Shown here piece by piece: positions 38,201 through 53,200 of a DNA stretch of 64,000 bases. The notes beneath the pieces were generated by a model. It made no database searches and was not told the DNA's origin. It worked only from the letters and a program-made list of their open reading frames with translations. This DNA comes from Phoronis australis (lineage: Eukaryota > Animalia > Phoronida): NCBI GenBank assembly GCA_002633005.1, contig NMRA01000003.1, positions 480,696 to 544,695 of the forward strand. Direction: 5' to 3'. Position numbers and translations under genes: made by a program. Each line of letters opens with the position of its first letter. Position 1 is the stretch's first letter.

Positions 38201-41200
38201 TGGACTATTTACTGAAGGTGAGTATGCACTGACTTAGGTCCATGTGTTTGTATGTCTTTTTTGGAACTAGGCACATGCGTCTACATGTGTATACATGATT
38301 AAAATAAAACGTTTTAAAGTTAAATTGAGCACAGCTAAAGTGGCAAAGTTCAAAGAAAGGTAAAATAAGAATGATAAGCATTTTATGAAGCCACAAATAA
38401 CACGTATGACCTTCATTCCAACCACAGTATACCCACAGAAAACAAGAGAGGTTACTTGCCTTGTTACAAGACTCTATTTTTGTAACGTAACTATGTAAAA
38501 CTAAATTATAACACTGCTATTGTCTGATACGGGATACCCAAAGGTATAATAGTACACTCAATAAAAGCTTAAACTAACCTAAAAACAGCCGAGGTTTGAC
38601 ATCCACAAAAGGCATGTCAAACTTCAAGTGACGCTCCGTGTCCCAAGCAATGGCTGACTTAGACAGTTCTTCCATATCTTTGCACAGCAGAGCTGAGTTG
38701 TAGCGACCGCCCAGAGATCCCAGCAGCTTGACTATACGCTTTTTAACCACAGACAGTTGGGTATCTTGAGACTAACAGAGAAATAAACTCCACAAATACA
38801 CGAAAAGCAGCTGTTTCATTCATAAAATGTGCTTTTTAATCATACATAAATTCAAAATATCTGCACAAATACAGTTTAGTATAAACCTTGCTTCTTTCGT
38901 TCCCGAGTTATACAATGAGCAGCATACAGGACCACAAAGAGAGCACTGTAACTTGAGGACATAGACCCCCGAATGGACGTACACATGACAATTACACACC
39001 TGCAAATTTTTTCCAGCACTTCGTAAAGTCTTGAGTGGCAGTTTCTTTCTACCCCGCCCACTTGTACTGCCAGACTGCACCGCGATACTTGAGTCGGTCA
39101 AGTCATCTGCACCTGACAAATTCACAAAGTGTGTGAGTCTAAGTCAGGGGCCAGCAACAGTCTTGGGCATCGCAGCCATATTTCTCACAGGTTTGGCCAC
39201 GCAAAAAAAGGAAAGTTTGCAGTGATCACCAATGCAGAATGAAAATTAAAAGATACTTTTAATCCTTCTGTTTACCAATTTAAAGTATAGAGTGAATCAT
39301 GTCAATCAAACCACATAACTGAAGGACGTAAAACTACAACGGTTCCTGTATGTATTGGAGTGTTTTACTTCAGAGCTACTCAACTTCGGCAGCCATTTTG
39401 CTTATAAAGCATCAACAGATATTAATTATGTTAATTTTCAAAAAATTGAAATATTGATGTCATGATAGAAGAGCATCATCTGGAAATATGTTTTGACTTA
39501 TTTTTTTTGCATTGACAGATGTTCGTCGCAAAAATGAACTAAAATGAAGCAGAACCTTGGACTGACTATTGACTTTTAAGTTAACTCGCAAATTATTTTG
39601 AACATTCACACTAACATTGAACTGTACAACATCATTGTTGGCCAGCAACTCATTCTATGAAGACCAACAGGATTAAGACAACAAACATTATGGAAATATG
39701 TCGCTATGGCAAACCTTTATCAGGAGTTCTGAGATATTTGTCTAGGCATGGCAACAAGTCTTTGTAATATGGCTGCAGAGCAGCTGGCTTCAGTTGGTCT
39801 ATCCAGTATTCAAGAGCACGCAGAGCAGCTTGGGCCAATGGGAGATAACTGAGGCCAAGTTTGAATGCACTCTGAAATGGAGATAGTGAACAATTTTATT
39901 TTGATGTCAACTTTAACGTCCACTTTGCAGTGTCACAAACATGTTACTTTGTAATGAGGATCAGACTTCAATCACATTTTCCAGTTTTGTAATTACAATC
40001 CAGTTACACCAGACTAATTTCAGTTCACAACAACAAATGCTGTTCAAAACTAATGCTCTACAAAAGCTGTTTCTATATTAAGAGTCTTCCTCCAAAACGT
40101 AACAGAACCGATGTTCTTTTATATTTAGACATTTCAAAGAGAAAAGAATAAGGGCCAGAGTTATAAACTAATTAAATATGATACTTATAACTTTGCTTTT
40201 TATTCAGCTTGATTTCAAACTTGTCACAACTTAGTGATTGTCAGGTTACATTGCCTGTGAATTTGTTGATCAAGAGTTAGCTCGGACAGTGCAGAAACTG
40301 TCTAAAGACATACGGGACTATTCTCGGAGACAGCTTGTGAGCTAATTATAGCTATCAGACCAACATGACAATACTTAATACTTTCTTAAAGATAAGAATG
40401 AACACCACACAATCAGATGTCACATTGAATGCTCTGTAGAATCTGCAATAATTGTTTGAACAAGGAAAATGGTGTCTCGATATATAAACTGAAATAAGAT
40501 CTTACCTGGACAGCGGGTACTATTGCAGACAGGTTCACTTCAACTATCTCTCTAGGCAGAGACAGCACCATCACCAGACAAGAGGCCAGCAGTTCATCCT
40601 TGTATTGCTTCATACGCACTAGAACCTGCAACAAGAATATCTTACCCTTGTTTTTTTAGAGAACTTAAAAAAAAAACGATTTCTCGTGGCCACTTTTTTC
40701 AGATCATCAGAACAATTTTGGCCCAAGTGGCTCCCCAACCTGGCAGCAGCAACATATTTCCACTCTCTAACATCCTTGCCACTACAGGGTGCTAATTGGA
40801 GTCTGTGAAGTTTCAAAATTCACAAATTTCTACTCTTCCTAATGTACACTTTTTGGTTATACTGAGCTTTAAATTTGACAAGTTTGTTGTTTTTAAACAG
40901 TCTGTTGGTATAGACGGAGTAACTACCAGTCTTTTACACGCAAATGGTTCAGTGGAATTAGAGCATCAGGTACCGCATTTGCATCCCAGTTCATACCAAA
41001 ATTTCCGTAGACATGAAGAAACAATCATGTGGTATGAAAGACACTAAGATGTACTCTCCCAGTCAAGCAGATACATTACAAATCAACATACAATGGATAG
41101 GAAGTCAACATGTGTTATAATTGTTTATTTCTAATGTGCCTAATCTAAAAGTATCCATGCATCTAATTGTAGTAGAATTTTTTCACTTCCAAAAACTGTA

Positions 41201-44200
41201 ATTTTAAACAGCACCTCTTTAGCAAACTTTGAGAAAAGTTGAAAGCAAGCTTGTTTCTGCACCAAATCTCCTTTGCTCACATCCTCGTCAATGTCCATGG
41301 AACACTCAACAGTCTCAGCTCTCAACTCCTGCAACATACCAAAGAAGGATAACACGCTAAAACATAAGACATAGAAATTTCAGGTATTTTGTTTATAGTT
41401 GGTCAAGACTGCATGGAAGAGGTGTTAGCTTTTACAAAACAATCTGTAAAACCATGATTAAAAAAAGAATATTGACTTCACAGGGATAGAGTTCTGGAAA
41501 TTACTAGTGATGGGCTGAAGATCTATTATTAATAAAAATAAACAATTAAGGTCAAATATTGAGCACCCAAGCTTAATCAGCAACAGAATTTTCTGGAAAT
41601 GGATGGACATAATAGAAGACATTTTCAAAGTAGATTCTTACAGTTTCCACCATGATGCTCACATAAACATCAACAAACACAAATAGCCAAAGGAACCAAT
41701 GGGATGTTTATTCAGAATGATGGTTTTTAGACAGTTATGTAATCAATACATAACCTACTTGGTGTTTCTTTTTACCTAAAATTTCACCATGCAATAGGTA
41801 TACATGATTGGTATTTGTTAAACACAAAAAGGGAGAGAAAGTTGGACACAAAATAGATCTTGAAAAAATAATCTTCCAATGTTTCACTCTTACTGTGAAT
41901 TAATAGAACTGTTTATTGCGCAATAGTTGGCATCTATGTCACAGCTCTATATTCTCAATTAACAGTGCAGTATCTTTCTAAACTCACAAACAAAACTAGT
42001 AAACTTAGTTTTCATTTTTTAAAAATCCTCCATAATAGAGAGTACAATTCCATTTCACAGTTGCTAAAAACACTCTAATCGAGTCATGTCTAAGTTAACG
42101 CAATGCCAGTTATCAATGAAATTGTTTAAAATCTGATTATTGATTATAAATGATGATCAGGTACTGGGCACTGTGCAATTATTGACCATGAAAATTTTTT
42201 CTGATTATTTCCCATCACTAGAACATATAGTAACCTAATTATGTTCATTTCCATTAATGCTAGTTTTTAATAACATTTATTTGTATAGATAAGCACGAAA
42301 ATGTACATTAACCAACTTCCTAGATACTAGATACTGGCAACTTTACCTGGAAATAGTTCAGCTGCGCACTAATTTTCATGCAGTATGACAAGAGCTTGTA
42401 AAACCCGCTCACCAACGGATACCTGGAAAGACAATCAACACTGTTGGTTTTATTGTGCTACACTTGCATTATTCACTGATAAACCCAGTGAAACAGTTGC
42501 CATACACTGCAACAGATATATCAAAATACTTTGTAAAATGCAATGCCCAATTCCATGTGATTGAAGTTCAATGCCCCAGTCTCTTGCCAGGGATAATCGA
42601 TTATCCAAACTCACTTCTTAGCTCCTTTTTATTTCAGGGCATCTAAATCCCCAGTTTCTATCACATGTAAAATTCAGATCAGAAGTCTGGCCTTTATTAG
42701 AAGTATTATCTGGACATGAATCAATGATTACCTGGCTGTGCAAGAAATTACAATAAAGAGCACCAGTCACATTTAAACTTGTTGCACACAGTCAAATAAC
42801 AGTTTTTTTAAATATTAATTTCCGTTCCCATGGTGATTATCACAGATAAAAAAGTTTACCTGGTAGAGAGCACAATGTTTACCTGGTAGAGAGCACAATT
42901 ATCTCCTCTCCAAAATTATAAATCCATGGCAAGAACAACTGAAAGTGTCTTTCCACCAGAAAATCTCTACAAAGAAAAACATTTTGTTTATTTCATTAAT
43001 TAATCAAAACAATGCAACTACAAACATGAGCACTACAAGCACAAAATGAAGGACTGTAAAATTTAATTAATAACGCAACACCACTAATATTACTAACACA
43101 ATTACTCCATGCATTACCGGGAATATAATGTACTAATTACCTGCAGTTTGTTAGGACTCAATTTAAAGTTAATTAAAGCCTCAGAAAAGTAACAAGACGA
43201 GACACACCTGGTGAAATCGACAAGGTTCAGGAAGATGACAAAATCTTTTGGCTTTGAAGCGTGCAGGCCCTCTGCAGGATCACTTGATAATGTAGACGAC
43301 GTTCCCATGTCCATCAATGAGGAATCCAGGAGACTAATCTGAAAATATCCGAGCTGTCAGAAAGGGTGTAACTTTTTGTGTCCTTAAATGGGAAAGCCAG
43401 TGCTTCTAATTATATTTTCAAAGAAATTGTTGCTTTTATGTTTTCCCTTATTTCCTTGCTACTTTCTACAATCCTGGTCTCAATTAAACACGCATGAAGC
43501 AATCTTTTCAGAGAAATGCAGAAAATGTATCAACTACACACTTCAAAGAATATTACATGCATGTTTTCCAGGGGGTCTAATTAATTGCAATTTGCATTAA
43601 ATTTTTTTATACAAGCAAATGATACATTTAATGAAAATAGAATAGGCTCTCCTCTTCCCCAAAAATTCGGTGAACATCATCATGAATGCTTGAATAATTA
43701 TGAACCCATTTTGCAAATGTTATAAGGTAGCAAAACCTGACACACCTGTAGATGGGTAAGCCAGTCGCTAAGTACCCTGCCTGCATTATAGAATGTGACA
43801 AAGTACACTCATTTTAATAACCACTGCTGGTCTAATAGAGATGTGAATGTCACTTACACAAACAGTAAACTAGAGTTCACCTCATTGAATAAGTAACAAC
43901 AATCTCATAAAAGTACTCCGAAATGCGACAAAAATCTCGTCCAACAAAGTTTAATCAACATAATAGGGCCAAGGTATCAAACACTCCAACTCAGCTCTTA
44001 CATCTCCGTCTTGCGTTGCCTTTTTCGAGGACAGCTCCAGTTTCTTCGCTATCTTCACTATACTTGACACAACCTCCTCAAAAACCATTTGTTTTACCAG
44101 TTGTCTGTTTTGCACAGTCACTCTCATTCGATTCAAATCCTGTGGAACAAGAACACAGTGTTGTCCAATGTTTAACATGTCAGTAGGGGCCCCCATGGAA

Positions 44201-47200
44201 ATTAGAGAGAACCGATTGGGCTACCCTCATTCTAAATATTACAATAACAAATAAATAAATAAGGTGCTTTAGGCTAGAAGTCAGTTTGTGACTATTCAAA
44301 ATAAGCTTTGTTGTACACATGCATTAGTTGCTACAATAATCATAGACTATTTTTATTATTTTTGTTATACCAATTCTTCAGTGACTCTGAAAGTTAGGTC
44401 AGTGCTGATTCAGTTGATGCATATATTTAGTGCATATTAAAGTTCATGTTTCTATGACACTAACAAGAAGTATCTGCCAGTTTGTTTTACATCGCTCTAT
44501 ACCATCATAGTACCTGAAAGCTGCAATTCACATCTTCAGTGATTTTTTATAACAATTCAGTTGAGAAAAATAGGTCTCAACTAATTTTGTATCGTACTCA
44601 GATTGCATTCTGACTGACAGCTTAGGAAGAACTGACAAATCTTTCTTCCCAAAGACCGAATTCCAAAAAGCAGAAACCAGCGGACTCATTATATGATACG
44701 CCGAAAGCAATGTTGCTGAAAAATAGGATGATTCTGAACATGACTAGATACTAGATAGAAATACCAATAGATGGGGCTACCGGAAGATGGAGTTACCAGC
44801 ACATGAAGATACCAGTAGATGGAGTCACCAGTAGATCTAGTTACCAGTATTTGGAGTTACCAGTAGATGGCATAAACAGTATTAAGAAGTTACCAGTACA
44901 CAGAGTTACCATTAGATAGCAATACCAACTGCAACATTTAGAGTTTGAATCAATAGAAAAAGGAAATATAATACTGTGTACGTATTCACTGCAGATTTAC
45001 TAACCTTCAACATCTCACAGTCAAGCAAGCCCATCCACAGATTTAGGTAGTCCTTGTATGATGTCACTTTAGGAAGTGGTTGAGTGTCGACTTCACGAAC
45101 CTCTTCAGTCAGCTCTGAGACAATGGGGTGTGAGCAAGTACGAATCAACCCCTGGTAAACTGAAAATACAAAATAACAATGTGATGATACAAGAAGCGTT
45201 CTTATACATTGTCACATTAGTTAACAATCAAACTACATTTTCACTGAACTATTATCAAAAGGAACAGTTCCATGCTTTTTAGATGTTAATGCTGAAGCAT
45301 TTTGGAGTTGAAAAATAATACCAGGCTTATCTGATCTTGAAGTGATGCCACCCAAGTGGCAAATTTAAGGTTGACCAGCCCCAATAAGCTCTGAAGCATT
45401 TTGTAAAGTCACTGATGTTCTTGTTAGCGAAGGACATTAATTACTATCATGATAAGAAATAATACAAGTCCAATTCTATGAGCTTTGTTTTTTGTTTTTG
45501 AGCAGCTAAACAGTGAGGAAATGAGCTTTTAAGTGTTATTGCACAAGGTGACATGACGAAATAAGCATTTTCATTGAGTTCTATTGATAAATGACACATG
45601 ACAAATAAACAGGTTCTCACCAAAACCCTACAAAATGAACACTTCCTACCAAACCATAAGACACTAATTTCAAGTAACTATGAACTTCAATCAATTCTCT
45701 TTGAAGGTTCCTACATTTGCAGCAACAGGCCTGAACTTTCATATTGATTTAACGTTTTGTCTATTCATTAGACATCATCGGCTAAAAACAGTAAGACATC
45801 AAGAGTCAACATACGAGTCAGGTTACATCCATGAAGTGAAATCAATATGAACTTTTTCATTTGTGCAGTGACTGTGCATTTTTATATCCTATTATGGCCA
45901 AAAACTGACGTAATAGACCTGAACTTCACTCATAACTTAAAATGCATGGACTGATGTCAGCCTGTACTTACTAACTCTTGATAGAAAATTCCTCAATATT
46001 GCACCATGAGACAGTAACGCCAATAGCACTTTGATTATAGTCAACATTGCAACAAACTCCATGGCCTTTCCAAACTTTGGGAAATGTTCAATCAACATGA
46101 CGACCAGCTGCTCCATAGACTGTAGGTACGTCTCGGAAATCTGAGAACCAAAAGAGCATCAATGTAATAAACATAAGAACCTAGATAATTACTCTCCTTA
46201 AAGTACAAATAGGTTCCACAAAAGAGAAAAAAAAATGGGCATACATTGTCAAAATGTTCTATGTATGGTTTACTGCAGCCCTCAACACTAAAGAATTATT
46301 AATTGAAAGTACAACTATAGCCACTTAACTATGAAATTCTGTATATTACCAAAATCAGCCGTGTGTTGCGTTGAAGTCATACAAGACATAATAGCAGTAA
46401 CTGTAGCATAACATCTTTACTTCCAATATCACTGACTAATGTTTTGTTGGTCATGAATATCTGCCTGAGACTGATTCTAAGAATTGACTTTGGTTCAGTT
46501 TTGACTTAAATCTAAGATTTGTCTCAACTTCCAAACATTGATATTACCACATCCGGTAAGTTAGTCGAACTTAAAACTTAAGTCAACCTTAAGATTACTT
46601 TCTTGGAACAGATTCAAGACAAGTTGGAAGTTTTATCTTAAAATTGATTCAAATTTAAGATTTGACTTTAGCCAAGTCAGATTTCTTGGAACAGGCCCCT
46701 GAAGGTTGACATACCACATCAATTTCTTTGGCAATACTAGCCAACGCCTCCAGAAAGCTTGGTAGTGTATAGATCTTGTCCGCAACATCTTTAGAGTCGT
46801 CTAAAAACACCTGTTGACTCCGCTGTACCATTTGATTCAACATGAAGTGAACATCTGCCGGCGTCATAAAAATGCGGCATGGCTAGAGCAAAATACAGAA
46901 TTCTAGTATTATAATATATTCAGGGGAGACTAATCCCTTTATTACTTTCACTCTTTAGAGTTCCTCAGGATTTAAATGAAAGTGAAACAAAATTTAAAAG
47001 AATTATCAGAAGTCAATTTTATAAATTAGAAGTGTTCTGTGTAGCAAATATCATGCCTTCAATATCCTCCGTGTACATGATGTCTTGTATTTTTATAAAA
47101 TACTATTATAGTTATTTATCTAATAATTATTTTTTATTAAATCATGTTGTCTCGTACTTTCAGTATTTTCTATCGTTTATTATTTTGTTTCATCAGTCCT

Positions 47201-50200
47201 TCCATGTCAGTTTTACATTCATCATTGATCATTTAAGTCGTGTCTTTCATTTCTGTAAGTCTGTTTGTGTGTCTTACTGTCTTTGTATGTTTTTATTGAG
47301 GGTCCCCATGGAAAACTGATGGGGCTACCCCAGTTGCAAATATCACAATGAATAAATAAATAAATAAATATTCTGTGTTCAGTACACTCATTCATATGGT
47401 GAATTTTCATGCTTCTGAATATATGGTTCTTTCATTGCAGCTGATAATATTTTAAACCTTACTGCAGCAAAATATCCATAACCCCTGATGGCTCGGGCAA
47501 TCTCTTTGTCACTAGCATCTGGTTTGTTCATAACAGCATGAAACTCTGTAATAAAGTACTTGAAGACACCACAGTCCTTCTCCCCTTTCTGAGCTCTGTC
47601 AGCTAATGACTCAGACACCTGTGAAGGTAAACGGGAAATTGGATTGTATTTGTCAAGAAAACGAAAAAGCCCACAACATGCAAGACAGGTCAAACCAACA
47701 ATAAAAGGTTGACTGTTCGTGATTGTGGATTTGTGTTCAGTTTATCAAGTGGTCATACATCTGGTCAAATGGTCATACATCTGGTCATATCTAAGATGAT
47801 TAAGGGCACGTGACTGCTATTATCCCATTGTGTTTTTAACGAAAGCAACACATTGCAACTCGTGTAAATGCGAGCGTAACACTTTAATGACTATCTCCTT
47901 GAACTGGTCTTACAACTGTGAGTTTGGTAAAAATCTTACATAGGCCAGTCTTAGCAGTGGCTGAGTACACAACCTTTGGTAAAACAACCCCAGAGGTAAC
48001 TTTGGCATATACTCACAGTCAGCAGCCCACAAATACATGAAGATGCATAGTGACCGCTATTAAACAGGAGTTGAAGATAGTCGTGACAAAGCATACTGGA
48101 TTGTAATGCTGCAACTACAACAGCTGAACCAGTGTTTCTGCAAATGCTGGCTAAAAAACATACAGTCAAGGCTTAACCACAACTGGGTGCATGACCAGAA
48201 CTAACAAAAAGAAAAGCAAAAGGATACGTAATTTACAGTACATCGAAGAACCAAGAAGTTCGCTTCCACAAAACGTACATACCTTTTTGAGAAATGCTTC
48301 TAACGTCGATGTCGCCGCGTGTTTAACCTGTGTGTTCTTGTGACTTGCCCAATAGCACAAGACTGAGTTTATGGACTATAAAGACATGAGTGGAGAACAT
48401 CTGTATTGGAAATAGTTACAAACATTAAATTGAAACACATAAAATAAAAAAGTAAAAACTCAATGCAGAGAGATAAAGAATGTACAATTGTGTTATGAAT
48501 GCAGTATATTTTAGGCATATCATATGACTACTAGCTTTATGTACGTTGTGAACAGTGCTATGTTGAGAGAACAGGATCCATTACTGTTCTTGAGGAGTGA
48601 AGGGTAACTAAGGTTTCAATGAAGTTGTCATAACACTCTTGTGTTTCAAAAAGAGCGAAATATAACAAATCAACAAAACCATAATTAAACAAATATTGCC
48701 AACAATGGCCGACAGATGGCATTACCAATACCAACCAACTGTTCCTCCATCTTGCCTCCCTTTTTAGCACAGAAAGGAAACAATTTGAATATATGTTGCC
48801 ATGAAACTGCAACAAAACCAATGCAAAGGCTTGAAATGCATCACCACTGCACTGCAAATGGTATGCATCTAGGCATGTTTATGCGTATCACAAAAATGGT
48901 CACTCGATGACGCAGAATATGATGAGCCTGTCGGAAAATGGGAAGGTGTCATCATTTCCTTAATAGAGAACTACTTGCCAAATTTCACTGAAAATAAGTC
49001 AATGAACTCCAAAGAAACAGAGGAAAATGTAAAATGAAATAACAACTAAGAGACACATTCATGGTAATCGGATCCATCCAAAAGTTGTCATCAACATCAG
49101 CTGTGGTTTTCTCAGCAGGAATACGAAAATATATTAATTTTCAAAAAAAATGAAAAACTAATAAAAATGGCCACTGGGTGGTGCAAAGCAAGTCAAATTC
49201 GTCCGAAATTGCCAAGGCATCATCGTTGTTGTCTCCCCAATAGAAACCTACTCGTTGAATTTCATGAAAATCCATCGAGGAACTCTCATGATACAGTGGC
49301 AAACATAAAAAATAAAAGTTCACTTGGGAGCACAGATAGTTGGATCAGTCCGACACTCATAATCATCCACCATCACCTTCATAGGACAGATCTGCTGTTC
49401 AGATCTCAGATTGAGTTTAGGTGATACAGCAGGAGACACCAGACACCCAGACAGGGAGGACAACATTATGCACCAACATGCATATATGTAGGCTAATAAA
49501 AACCACAATAGACAAAATTGAGTTATTTTATGGCCTAACTTTTGGTTTGTGTTAGGTAATACACACATTGCAGTTCTAAAGAGGGTTGTTACTTTTGAGG
49601 GTTTACTTTTCAAATAAAAAAACAAACCAAAAACCAAAACCACTAAAATTTGAGCCCTATAACTGATCTCACAGCCCAGTACCTTGTAATTATCAGTTAG
49701 GTACACATCCAGCTGATCAGCGTGTTTAGACAAAAGCTCCAGGCCGGCCAAAGGCACAGCATATCGCGTCTGTTTGCCACTCTCCTTCCCAGCTTCCACG
49801 GCCATGCGGGCATACTTGAAGATCTTTTTTGAAGCTGCACTTCCTGAGAGAAACAAATGTGAATAAAACCACAGGGACATGTTTAATCAATAATTGGTGA
49901 TATGGTGGCAGCTAAAATGGCCCAAGTGATTGCAACAATGACATTGAAACTACAGCCATATGGAATTCAAAGGCAACTTAATAATTACAAGACACAACCT
50001 CTTTAACAAATCCAACACCACAAACTCCTCGCCAGAAAAAATATTAAATAAAAAGAGAATTAAGGTGTTATTTGTGTTTCAAGGAAATATGAAAGCTAAA
50101 GCACTAGCAAAAAATTCACCCAATTTCATAAATTTAGAAAACAATAATTTATTGAACAAGCTCGTGGCGGTAAGATGTATTAGAGTGTCTGCGCGGATAG

Positions 50201-53200
50201 CGGAAAGACTTTGGTTCAAGCTCCAATCGGAACAAACTTTTTCACACTTCAAATGATTTAGGTCATGTGAAACAACCAATACCAGGTGTGAAGAGATTAC
50301 AAATAATTGCTTACTCTTATTTAATCATACATTCCACACATTTCACAGGATAGGCCACATTTCAAATCTCAAAAAAAACAAAGCTATCAAAGTGTAATCG
50401 GATTTGTATCCGCAATATGTAAATAGCTTTATAAGTGAAAAGACAAGTTTAACAAAGATTATGCTACCTTCAGAGGCAGGTTGGTTGAAGGTATAGAGAT
50501 ATGAAGTGAGGCCATTGAGACAGCCAGCTATAACTGCATCTGTTGGAGCCTTAGACCTGCTAGTCATCTGCAACAATATGATGTTATGATTATCAGAACA
50601 GTGAGACCATTGAGAGAGCCAACTGTTGGAGGTTTTGTACTGCAACAATACGAGTTAATCATTATCACCACAGAGAGGACAACTTAAATGTGATTTTATT
50701 TGATTTATTCACTGCCAATATTACAATAAATATTCAAATATGTCCCATATAAAAATCGAAACAAATAGTTGCATTAGTCCAACAGAGCCCGTCACAACAA
50801 ATTAGTGATACTTTATAGCCTGGGCACATGTTCCAAGTTCTTGTTTTGAAGTAACATTAATATATATCTTATACACATAAAGAATGTCATACTGCAAAAA
50901 CACAGTCAAACAAACATTATCCAGTTCAAACAAACCAATTAAAATAATTTATGATGCCACAAACAACAACATAACATAGCAACATGTTACTACTTATGTT
51001 GCTCCAGAAGTAAAATCCATACAAAACAGGGCTGTAAGAAATCAATAGCTGTTTTCTACTTCTGAGTTAATTATCCATTTACAAATTAGTGAATCCACAA
51101 TTTACTTTCCTATCTCCTGAGGCTTACATAACATTATGAACAAGAAGCCATTATCTTGCAGAGAGTGTAATAGTGTTAGTACCTCATGCTTGAGAGCCTG
51201 AAGATAAATGTTGAGAATCCTTTGTTCATGGCCAGTGACATCTACTGGGAAGAGGTGACAAAGTAGGCCCAATAACTCGTATATGGATTTCTTTACTAAA
51301 ATGAATAAATACTGGTATATTGTATATGAATATGTCAATCTCAATATGGTGTGGAAAATATGTTGCGAACATCTCAAGTTTTGTCAGCACGCCATCTGTT
51401 GGCCAACAGAGCCGCGGTCAGGGGCAGAAATCTTTTCAGACTTCTATTCATTAGGTCAAATGATGTGACCAACAGATGACATGCAGACAAGACTTAAAAT
51501 GTTTGCAACATATTGGTATATTAACAAATGTGTTCCATCAAAGAAACTGGCGTTTGCTTTAGATCACTTACTGGTCTCGGTATATAACTGATCTCGACTC
51601 GTTTCTAACTCAGCCGAGAAGTAGTTTCTGAGCATGGGTAAATTAACATGACACCTTGTTACTCCGTGAGACATGTAGAACTTTCTCATAAGGAATAATG
51701 GACTGGCAGTTCTATCCAAGGCCCAGATATAATTTCTAATTTGACTAAGGAATGATGCGAGATCAATTTCGTAACAATATGTGGTCTAAACAAAGTATTA
51801 GTTTTTGCGACGAGAAGTTGGTTCGAACTAGCTTTAACCGACCAGTAGTGGTAGATCTAGGGGCAGATTTCCTGAACACACATGCATGCAATCATGCGTG
51901 TTTCTTACTTAATCAAGCAAAAAGGAAAATAGTCCACACTGTCTGTCAAAAATAAAAAATTATATTTGCACTCAATTAAGGTTATTCAAAAACAACTTGT
52001 GAAGATGAAATCAAGATGGTAATGAAAGAGGAGAGTCATGTAGAACTTCCTGCATACTCACTGAGTAGTGGATTAGATATTGTTTCTTCAGTTAAGTGGA
52101 ACTTGTGAATGACAGTTTCTAAGTTTATCCATTGATAATGTGTTGATTAATGGTTCATGTTTCAACAATAAAATAACAGCTTAGTAGGCTAATAGTCGTT
52201 CTAAAAATGTTGTGCATAACAATTTAGAGGGTTAACATACATGATTCTTGGAATAGCAGCAATTATGAATACATTTGAGAAATGCTTCACAGAACAAGAA
52301 CACTGAACGATTGATGGCCAGAATGACTGAAAATTAATCATAGATTTAAGACTAGACAAAGGGTCCTTAGATGGAGAACAACAGAGAAAGAAAATATTTC
52401 AAATTAGATGTCTGAAAGGCCTATAATTGAACAACATTTTCCAACTTTAAACAACCCCGGCCACCATTTGAAGCTCTAGAAATCACGATCAGCTTGCTAA
52501 CAATGAATAAGCCACAGCATAGATTTGAATACATCAATTTTTTAAAGACGATACAACAAAGAGAGTAACCAATTCCTCTAACCGTTCTGCTTCAATCTGA
52601 GGTCTGTAATACAAACTTATGAATGTCATTATCTGAGGGCCCCCATAGAAAGCAGTGTGAACTGATGGGGCTATCGTCATTGTAAATATTACATTAATAA
52701 ATAAATAAATAAATAAGTCTTCTATTTTTTCATTAGGAGAAAATCCATGACATACTCATTGACGTGATATAAATTGCATTCAAATATGCAATCTTTGTAA
52801 AAACATGATCAATGGTGTTTGACAAACAATAAAGCCTTTTATAATAAAATTCACACTTACCTGTTACAGATAATTTTGTAGGTGTACTTAGTGCACCAAA
52901 CAGTTTCTGAATTAGATCACCAACTTTGAGATCTTGCGAACTTTGATCACAGCTAGTCACTGAGAGTAACTATTAAGTAAAATAAGACAATATGAACTAG
53001 GACTTTTTACTGCAAAATTGCACTGATTTGTGTTAGATGAATTGAAAGCTAAGAGATTGACTTAAAAAAATCACTTTCAAACCTGTGGCAGCTCATCTAA
53101 ATGGGGGAAAGCAACAGTTCTGCTTTTGTTAAAAACATAATAAAAAAACAGATAACATTGGGTCTGGCCTACCCCCACACACTTTGAAACCTGCACTTCA

